Assembly: GCA_008632985.1 (NCBI GenBank)
Contig: QPGO01000021.1
Location: 310,001 to 374,000, forward strand
Origin: Psammoneis japonica
Lineage: Eukaryota
Direction of reading: 5' to 3'
DNA length: 64,000 nucleotides
The notes below the pieces were generated by a model. That model ran no database searches. It was not told the origin of the DNA and saw only the letters and a program-made list of their open reading frames with translations. A program made the position numbers and the translations under genes. Positions 55,462 to 64,000 of the stretch are shown one piece after another; the stretch's first letter is position 1; each line of letters starts with the position of its first letter.

Positions 55462-56921
55462 TGTGAAGGCTTTGTTACTTCTTATATACCTTTGTGCCCA
55501 CGAGCCGCCACAAGCATTGGATTTTTGTGGCTGGTCTGCACTCACTGCTCAAGTGGGATATAGTGATTGCCATGGAAACTCAAACAAGCGGCCTGACATC
55601 ACGCTCGTAACGGTATCCAATTTGATTCAAGCGCAGACGGATGGTAAGAAGTAACGAGATTATTCTAGTATGATCTATTGAATCATTGACTTGATCTCTG
55701 CGCGTTGAAACGGTGCTTTCTCTATGCTTTGCCCTTCGTATATCTCGGATGACTTTCGACAGTAGAATCTCTCTGGCTCTATTCTAGATTTGAGGGCATT
55801 GCAATTCTGAAAGTCTTAGAGAATCGTCCACAGTTGCGAGGAAATGGACCCACCAGTAGATTTTACGTCTATCGGATGTCACGTTCGCGGTTCAGCTGTT
55901 TTGCTCTTGTTGTTTGTGGTGGCGGATTGTGAGTTGTGACGAAAGTGGTGGTGGATTTGGTTGAAAGGACAAGACTGAAAGTGAATTTTTGAGAAGGACA
56001 CTCTATTTACCGTACACCGTACACCGGTATGGAGTGGCGCTATTTTCCAAAAGTGCGGTGCGCAGTACTCGTCTACATACGGACAAATAGTACCAGACTC
56101 TACGCACCGAACACAACAAGATTTCACTCATTACGACAACAGCACGGGAAGTCTATCATGTCGGGTATATCGACGTTATTGCGCTTCTTGCGTATAAAAA
56201 ATACATAAATCCACTAATATTACGCATGCGAATTGGATGGGATACAGGATCTTGCAAATCTGGTGAAAAAATCGTCCCCCCGTGCTTCACCGTGTTAAAA
56301 CCCCGTGCTAATCCTCCATAATGAATGAAAATCCAACTTTTCGTCAAAATCTGTTGTCGCGTGCTCACTTCAGTGCTTCATCAATGCGATCGACCGAGAA
56401 AACACAAAATACACCCCAAAAAAAGTGAAAAACAACAGTCCCACCGCGGCCAAAACCTCTACGTGATTTCAGTACCAAGTTGTACGTGCCAAAAACCCTT
56501 CGTCACCAATGGCTCAACCAGCTCCCAAAACAACTCGATCATTGTCATTTGACATTGACATCTCATTTCTTATCATGTCAGTTGTTGTCTCGGTGCATCA
56601 ATGCTCCCAGTCCAAATAAACATCTCTACGAATTTTGTAGTGCATTTTTACGTACGCACACTTTGTGCAGATTGGGCGTGCGCACCGCATTTTTGAAAGT
56701 GCGCCACTCCATTGACATTGTTCAAGGAAGCTGGATAAAAAAGAAAAAAGGATGAACTTGGCGCGCGGATCGCAAAGTTTCAAAACATCGTGCTTGCTGT
56801 CAGCGACCAGCGACCTCACATCATTGAACATGCTGCAGGGCCCATTGTGCCCACCTGGTGGCCCTGCATCCCAGATCATGGAATGGAGCTTGGAGCTTGG
56901 TGACAGCACTACGAATGCGCC

Positions 56922-57940
56922 ATGAGTCTCCTCATAAATCAAAGGCTCCTTCCTTGGAGAGCTTTGCCTCATTCGTTGTGGCACATGACTCATCCCAGGC
57001 GAACCCTCGTTCGCTCCTCATTGTTGCACAATCGCACTCACCAGACAACAGCGTTGGCACGGCGAAATGTCAAAGCCTGCGAGACACCTGAAGATGCAAC
57101 ACTCGTCAATGCTCCCCTCATCAGAGGCCGTGATGATGATGCGCTTTCTCGCTTTCCAAATTTGAAAAGTCCCGGTGGAGTCCTTCGTGGACTCGATCAT
57201 GCTGGAACCCTGACGTTTGCGCTCACGGGAAGCGTCACGGCTGCTCAGTCGGGGCTCGATGTGTTTGGATGCTCCATGGTGGGAATGGTGACTGCCGTTG
57301 GTGGTGGAACCATACGAGACGCCATCTTTTTATGCAAACGACCGTTTTGGACGAGCGAGATGGAATGCATGTGGATGTCAGTGCTGGCAGGGTTCTTGAC
57401 TTTCTTTGCGTGGCCGCGAGTGTTGGACAAAAAGTTGGAGCGACAACAAACGAGATTGCAAACGAACGGAGAATCAGCCTCAACAGCGGAAACATCTTTC
57501 GTGAAAAAGGATCCAGAAGGAAACAACTCTGTTGTTCCTTGTTGTGACGAGCTGGACGCGGCACTTGACACGTTTGATGCAATTGGGCTTTCCGCATTTG
57601 CCATTGTGGCGCCCAAAACGGAGTTCGTGCAGGCATGCCAATCATTGTGTCTTCCATTTGTGGCATGGCTGCTTCCACATTTGGAGGCATGTTGTGGGAT
57701 GTGTTGTGTGGAAGACCGGTCCGAATCATCCATTCCAATGCCGAAACCTGTGCACCAGTTGCCTTTGCAGGAGCCGTGACTTGTTTAATCGCAAAACGGA
57801 TTCGCGCTTCGCCGGGGGCCAGGATTGGCGCAGCATTGGCGGTTTGCATGGGGGGTCATTTCACAGCAATCAAACATGATGTAAGGCTTCATGCTTGGGA
57901 CACAAGGAACGATGGCCTCGGAGTCGCAGTAAGAAAATGA
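56922..57940 (+). pseudogene. TRIC/UPF0126 (YadS-like) membrane transporter, frameshifted
   Basis: LDHAGTLTFALTG, TAVGGGTIRD, FDAIGLSAFAIV|GAQNG, STFGGMLWDVL. One G is missing near 57608. No Tyr in the annotated frames. Confidence 0.8.
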
Positions 57941-58424
57941 CGCCACAACGCTGCGAATGACTGCACTGGACGCTGAGGATGACGAAAGCACAAGCTAAGC
58001 TGCTCGCTGTGGCACTCTTAGATGATTCAATCTGTGCTGTAATCTAAAGTTGGGGTGTGGTTGCACTTGATGTCGCACTTCTGCTGTGCTTGAATTGTGG
58101 ACCAATCACCAGTTAAGTCTTCTTGACTGTTTTCTACAAGATGGAGCAAGTTGTCCAGCAAGCACTGTTGAAATAAAGTGGACCAACTTGTGAGCCATGT
58201 GAAAGTTACATGGATCGTCTGCTGGGATCGAGAACAACTGGTGCAACAGACTGCATCATTTGCAACTGTGAGAAGGCTAGAGAGATCTACAGTCTCCAGA
58301 CAGTCCTTGAATCGATGCATCTCAAGAATGCACTTCAGGAACCATTCGCTGCAGATTGTGTCATAATGTGTGGATGGTTGCTTCGCTGTCACACATGGCC
58401 ACAAGCCAAGCATCAAAGAACAAG

Positions 58425-59514
58425 CTAAAAAAAGAGTCCCTCGTCCCCCATCAAACATGAACACATGAGTTGATTGGTGTCAATGCATTTCATGCAGCAG
58501 ACATTCTCACAAAAGTCACACGCCCTGCAACGAGCAACGCAGTCATTGGTTTTGCAACAAAAGTCATGGCACCCATTGCAGAAGATTCCATCAGCACAGT
58601 TGTCACATTCTGAAAACAAGCAGGAAGAGCATGTCAAGATCTCCATGGAGTCTGGACAAGAACACCGATCTTGGCAGCATTGCAACATGCAAACATCGCA
58701 AATGTGCTTCTCGGGGCAACCATTGCCCACACCACAACAGGCGAGTTTCTTGCATTTCTCGCAGCAAGACAAACTCATCACCCAATGCAGGTGGTCTTTG
58801 GGTGTCGCATGCGCAATGACGCAATCGCAATGCCCACAGCGGGTTTGCTGCAGAACACCTTGGATCTCCAAGGCTTCATGAAACTTGTGATAAAATCGTG
58901 AGATGCCAACATCAAAGTTCCGATGAAATTTGGATGGGAAACGCCTTTGTTTCCGGATCTTGACAAGTGACAGTCCTGGTGAGCCGTCTTGGAGCTCCTC
59001 CGTTGGTGCAATCGGTGGCATGGATGAGAGCAACGGTGAAACGTGTTGGATGTCCAACTCGACAGGACCACATGGCCAAACTGTGTCCTTTTCATTAGGG
59101 AATCCCGACTCGTTCTCAAAGACAAGTCTTGGATCAATCTCTCGCAGCATGCAAGAGCCACAAAGAGGCTCCAATCTGCACCCACGAATGCGGGTGCAGC
59201 CGCTGAGCTTGAGAATGCGACAGCGTTCAAGAGCCTGGCTCTCACAGAAAAGTGCTTTGAGTTGACTGTCTGTGATTCTAGATGCAACAGATGTGCCCAA
59301 CGCACCAAATTCAATCGCACTCCAAAGCCAGGGATGCTCCTCCCTCACACACTTGCTTTTTCAATTGACTGTTGCGTGCACCGATGCAAACAAGCGATGC
59401 GAGATCCAAGCATCCCAGAATTTCGCCAACAGCACTAGATGGCAAATGGAGAGGCGGAATGATTGGCCCTTCAGCAATGCGCCAATGCTTGGCGGCGCTT
59501 CTGGTCTCTGGCAT
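58425..59514 (-). pseudogene. F-box-like/LRR-like Cys-rich protein, copy 1 (frameshift near 59345)
   Basis: Paralogue of 62013-63113 with the same MPETRSAAKH start. LPSSAVGEILGCLD. More TA->TG/CA changes than copy 2. Confidence 0.75.
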
Positions 59515-59749
59515 TGTCCTTGTTTGCTTTTCTTTTCTCTTCCATTTCGCTGTGATGTTGATGCGGTTCAATGTGTGAGCGTGCCGAAACAGCCCGTCGG
59601 AGGCGGCAGTGCTGAAACGTGTGGAATTCTAAAGGATCTTTCGAATCTCGAGCTCGAACTCCTGCCGTCAAAAAAAAAAAAGAACAAAAACGGCATCAAA
59701 AGAAATGCATGCAGAAAAAGCTCCTGTGTTCACAAGCCATGTGCAGGGG

Positions 59750-61820
59750 TCATGAGTCCCGAAAAACAGGGTTTGGGCCGATTTCTGGTGCAAAACTCAC
59801 GTAGAAAATTCGCGTAGAACATCTTGTTCATCGTGCTTTTCCCATGCTTTGTGAAAAACAGGCCACGACCTCAAGGAATCGATTTCAGTCACAACGGTTG
59901 ACACTTTGCGCACTTGCTTTTTGATGACAAACACGACGATGTCCACCGTTCAGCAAAATTCCATCATTGGAAAATGTTTGCCGTGGTGATGCCGTGGTCA
60001 AGTGTTGATCGAATTTCTGAAAATGGAATTTTGAAGTGTTCATGCACAGAATCATGTTGCTTGTGCAACAGTCATCATGCAAAGTGTCAATGGTTTCAGG
60101 GGAAAACGATTCCTTGAGGTGTCGGTGGAGCAGAGAAGCACGGTAGAAGCACGAGAAAAAAATCGGCCCAAACTTGCCCAAACCCTAATTTTTGTAATTT
60201 TTTCTACGTAAAATTTCTACGTGATTTTTGCAACAGTGCACATGGCTCATTGCCAGCCCAGCCATGCCATGGGGTTGGCCGCGCACACTGACCAGTGGGT
60301 GCTCCAGGAAATTTGGCCATGTTGAGTCATTGCATCCTGGCAGAGGCTTTCACATGTGGGGCCTTGGCCCAAGAAGAGGCCTTGCAAGTGTGCTGGGGCT
60401 GCACGCTTGTTCAGTGTTCAGCGGCCAGAGCAGCTGTGCTCTTTTGCAAATGACATGCCCAGAACCACTTGTGCAAAGATGGAGTCAAGTTGCGTTCCAG
60501 CAGGGTGACATTTTCACCCCATGTGCCCATCTTTCAAGAAAGCAAAATTGAGTGCTGCCTTTCTTGTCCAGCCCTTCTTGTGTTTGATCTGTCATTGTGT
60601 CATGTGTGCCACCAACCAAAGTGGCTGTGCCCAGCTGGCAAAAGAAAAAGGCAAGTCCCTGGAAAAGGGAGTGGGAAAGGCAGCAAGCCACCAAGGAGAA
60701 ATGCAGTTTCGTGCACAGGCAGCATGCACCGCACTTTTAAAAACTTCTTGCAAGCTGCCCACTGCTTGACGATTTGTCTGAATGGCAAAGGTGGCAGCCA
60801 GCGGTGGCTGGTGGCCTGATTGATCAAGCCACCATCTTTGAAGTTGGTGGTCAAACCCGTCTCCCAATGTTGTGAGCAAAATTGTTGCTTGCTGCACTGT
60901 GGGCAACTCACTGGGGCCGTTGACAAGATGCAGCAGCCCTTGTTGGGCCAGCTAGAGGCCACTTGGTCAGCGGCGCCATTTGTGTGTGACATTTTGCATT
61001 GTGCCAAGGTGCATGCTGGATTGTCCAAAGCGGTCAAGTTGGGAAAGTTGCAAAACTTGTTCCAGACTTGGGTGTCCACACACTCAAAAAAAGCCCACCA
61101 TTTCAAATCGTGTGCCACAAGACAAGAGATTGATGATTTTTCAATGAGCAATTTGTGGCCGCACTCATGTGCAAATAAAGACTGCGGGGCATTTTTTGAG
61201 CAGTGGGTGATTGGTGTGTGAAGGAATCTTAAAGAAAGAGTCCTGACTCCCCGGTGTTCCACGCTCTCATCCAAGAAGGTCTCGCTGAACGTGGGTGTGT
61301 GCCGCGTTGTTAAACTGCATTTGTGGACCGCTTTGCAGTGACATTTGTCCCACTTGCACACACCTGAGGGCGATTGAATCATCGCTCATGGCACCAAAAC
61401 AAGCACAAAAATCATGCGGGGAGTTCCAAACTTGGCACACCCCAACAAATGGCAAAACCATTGTTTCCAAATGCCCAAACGACAATCTAAAAGTGCAAAA
61501 GAACAACACAAGGGGTTCGAATCATACAACCCCACTGCAACACTGTGGCACACTTAAATTCACACTGCAGCGTCATCAGCGAAAGCACAAGCCCAAGCTT
61601 CTCACTGTGGCGCTCTTGGATGAATCATTTGTGCGGTGATCTGCAGTTGCACGTGACATCGCACTTGTGCCTCTGCATGAATTGTGAACCAACAACCCGT
61701 TCCATTGTCCTCTTTGTGTCTGCTTTCTGGAGAATGCTGGATGCAGCAAGGAGTCTAGCTGACAATGTTGACAAAAAGGGGGCCACTTGTGAGCAATGTG
61801 AAAGTCAGATGGTGCGTCTG
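59750..61820. other. TpA-depleted decayed element between the duplicated F-box-like genes
   Basis: TA-poor and fragmented. Its left part carries inverted motif pairs (59767-59820 vs 60161-60223). Confidence 0.45.
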
Positions 61821-62012
61821 CCAACATCAAGAACAAGAGTTACAAAAGACTGCATTTGCCACTGTGAGATGGCTCTAGAGAGAGTTCCGCCGGTGCAGTC
61901 TCTGCTCTGGATGGTCGTGAATCGATGCAACTCCAGAGTGCAGTTCAGGAACTAATCGCTTCACATTTTGCCCAGTGCAGATGGATGCTGTGCTGTGTCT
62001 GCAAGCCAAGCA

Positions 62013-63113
62013 TCAAAGAGCAAACTGCCAATGGTGTCCCTCACCCTCCATCACTCCAAAACACGTGTTTCTACGGGGATCCAGAGTGCACTTCCTGCAG
62101 CAGGCACACTTGCAAGAGTCGCACGCGCTGCATCCAGCAGAGCAGTCATTGGTTGCACAACAAAAACCACCGCACCCAACACAAATGACTCCATCAAAAC
62201 AGCTTTGACATTGTGACAACGAGCAGGACGAGCACAGGAAGATCACAGTGGAGTCTTGACAAGAATTCCGATCTTGGCAACATTGCAGCATGCAGACATC
62301 GCAAATGCCCTTCTGAGGGCAACCATCACTCATGCCGCAGCAGGTGAGTTTCTTGCATTTCTCACAGTGAGACAAACTCATCACCCAATGCAGATCATCT
62401 TCGGGTGTCGCATGCGCAATGGCGCATTCGCAATGCCCACAGCGGGTTTGCTGAACATCGGCCTGGGTTTTGAGAGCTCCATGAAACTTGCGATAAAATT
62501 GTGAGATACGGAAGTCAAAATTCCGATAAAAATCGGTTGAATAAGACCGTTGTTTCCGAATCTTGACAAGCGAGAGTCCCAGTGAACCGTCCTGCAGATC
62601 GTTCGTTGGTGTAATCGGTGGCATGGACGAGAGCAACGGCAAAACGTATTGGACATCCAACTCGACAGGACCACATGGCCAAACTGTGTCCTTTTCATAA
62701 GGGAATCCCGATTCGTTTTCAAAGACAAGTCTTAGATCAATCTCCCGTAGCATACACGAGCCGCGAAGAGGCTCCAATCCGTACCCACGTATGCGGGTGC
62801 AGCCGTTGAGCTTGAGAATGCGACAGCGTTCAAGAGCTTGACTTTTGCAGAACAACGCTTCAAGTTGACAGTCTGAGATGCTTGACGCAACAGACATGCC
62901 TACCGTACCAAAATCAATGGTACTCCAAAGCCAGGGATGTTCCTCAAAAACTTGCTTTTTCAATTGACTGTTGCATGCTCCGACGCAAACTAGCGATGCG
63001 AGATCCAAGCATTCCAAAATTTCGCCAACAGCACTCGACGGCAAATGGAGAGGCGGAATGATTGGCCCTTCAGCAATGCGCCGATGCTTGGCGGCGCTTC
63101 TGGTCTCTGGCAT
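62013..63113 (-). CDS. F-box-like/LRR-like Cys-rich protein, copy 2 (3' part TpA-eroded, true stop uncertain)
   Basis: LPSSAVGEILECLD...LWSTIDF, ILKLNGCTRIRGYGLEPLRGS, CxxC-rich C-terminus. Confidence 0.7.
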   Translation of the reverse strand: MPETRSAAKHRRIAEGPIIPPLHLPSSAVGEILECLDLASLVCVGACNSQLKKQVFEEHPWLWSTIDFGTVGMSVASSISDCQLEALFCKSQALERCRILKLNGCTRIRGYGLEPLRGSCMLREIDLRLVFENESGFPYEKDTVWPCGPVELDVQYVLPLLSSMPPITPTNDLQDGSLGLSLVKIRKQRSYSTDFYRNFDFRISQFYRKFHGALKTQADVQQTRCGHCECAIAHATPEDDLHWVMSLSHCEKCKKLTCCGMSDGCPQKGICDVCMLQCCQDRNSCQDSTVIFLCSSCSLSQCQSCFDGVICVGCGGFCCATNDCSAGCSACDSCKCACCRKCTLDPRRNTCFGVMEGEGHHWQFAL

Positions 63114-63416
63114 TGTCCTTTCTTGCTTCTCTGTTCTCTTTTACCGCTGTGATGTGATGTGTGCTTCTATGAGAGCTGAGAGCGGCGCGCCGAAAAAGCA
63201 CGTCGGAGGGAGGGATCGCGAGCGGCAGTGCTGAAACGTGTAGAATTATACAGGATCTTCTGATACCGCGAGCTCCTCTGTAAAGTTGAACATTCGAGCT
63301 CGAACTCCTGCCATCAAAAAAATCAAAAGAAAAAAGAACAAAAATGGTGTCAACCCGCGTTGTGTTAAAGCTCCTGTATTCATTGCTACTAGAGAGAGCC
63401 CAGCCATTTGTACAGA

Positions 63417-64000
63417 ATGTCGGGTTCTATACGACTAGATATCAATAGCCCCCGGTTCTGTGGAAGGGAAAAGGAGTTGAAGACACTCCAAGAAGCTTTT
63501 CAGCGGGTCGCTCCATCTGGAGAATCCATTGAACCCAAGCCTTCCAACGTATTCATCCAGGGTACTTCTGGATGTGGCAAGTCGACTCTGATTCAACGAT
63601 TTGCAGAAAACATAAATCAACATGGTGTCATTTACTGTCATGGAAAATTCGAGCAGGGTCAAGCGGCTACTGAACCGTTTTCGGGTATTGAGGGAGCGTT
63701 AATCCTGCTTGCACAGAAATTGAAAACAAAGAATACATGGAAAGAACAGCTTACGGAAGAATTGGAACAGCAAGTTCTACTTATTGAGACAGCTTTTCCG
63801 AGACTTAAAGGCCAGTTTGTAATGGATCGGAATGTTGTTGCGGCAACCGATGTCTCGTTTAGTAGCAAAGAAAATCAGTGGAGCTTTGATCGGCTGAAAT
63901 TCGCCATACGGTCCTTGCTGAGAGCAGTTTCCAAGAAATATACACTTGTTGTCTTTTTCGACGATTTGCAGTGGGCTGGAGATGAGTCATTGATGATCAT
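63417..64000 (+). CDS. STAND-type AAA ATPase (AAA_16/COG3899-like), runs off the window
   Basis: My translation is open from ATG 63417 to the end: FCGREKEL, Walker A GTSGCGKS, GKFEQ..EPFS, Walker B VVFFDDLQWA. Confidence 0.85.
   Translation, partial: MSGSIRLDINSPRFCGREKELKTLQEAFQRVAPSGESIEPKPSNVFIQGTSGCGKSTLIQRFAENINQHGVIYCHGKFEQGQAATEPFSGIEGALILLAQKLKTKNTWKEQLTEELEQQVLLIETAFPRLKGQFVMDRNVVAATDVSFSSKENQWSFDRLKFAIRSLLRAVSKKYTLVVFFDDLQWAGDESLMI

Noticed and set aside
11800..62400. Hundreds of 60-390 aa Cys/His-rich ORFs in the islands, including antisense ORFs over the copia
   Set aside because: Explained by loss of TAA/TAG through TA depletion. They lack Tyr and recognisable domains.
1..62500. 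Classical RIP or CpG decay as the sole explanation of island composition
   Set aside because: RIP would enrich TA. CpG decay cannot give Tyr->Cys/His or TA/TG differences, and CG is abundant in the copia and Ngaro.

Overview
Eukaryotic genomic window, most likely from a diatom (inferred from a CoDi-type Ty1/copia, an Ngaro/DIRS-type tyrosine-recombinase retroelement, short GT-AG introns and a STAND ATPase). Ordinary genes (a UBL-DUF1917-HIRAN protein, two TLC-domain paralogues, an M12B-hemopexin protease, a Qb-SNARE, a METTL13-like MTase, a LamG protein and others) alternate with sharply bounded islands in which TpA is almost erased. Comparing repeat pairs inside the window (the two LTRs, the Ngaro split repeats, a 109-bp duplication, a duplicated F-box-like gene) shows the change is TA->TG or TA->CA, i.e. 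A->G in TpA on either strand, acquired after insertion or duplication and biased to TAY. It turns conserved Tyr into Cys/His (including the recombinase catalytic Tyr), creates no stop codons and spreads into neighbouring host genes, including a ~10.6-kb ZNFX1-like helicase/triple-AAA gene. This looks like a repeat-directed A:T->G:C hypermutation system, the opposite direction to fungal RIP. A modified-base sequencing artefact still has to be excluded. All counts are by eye.
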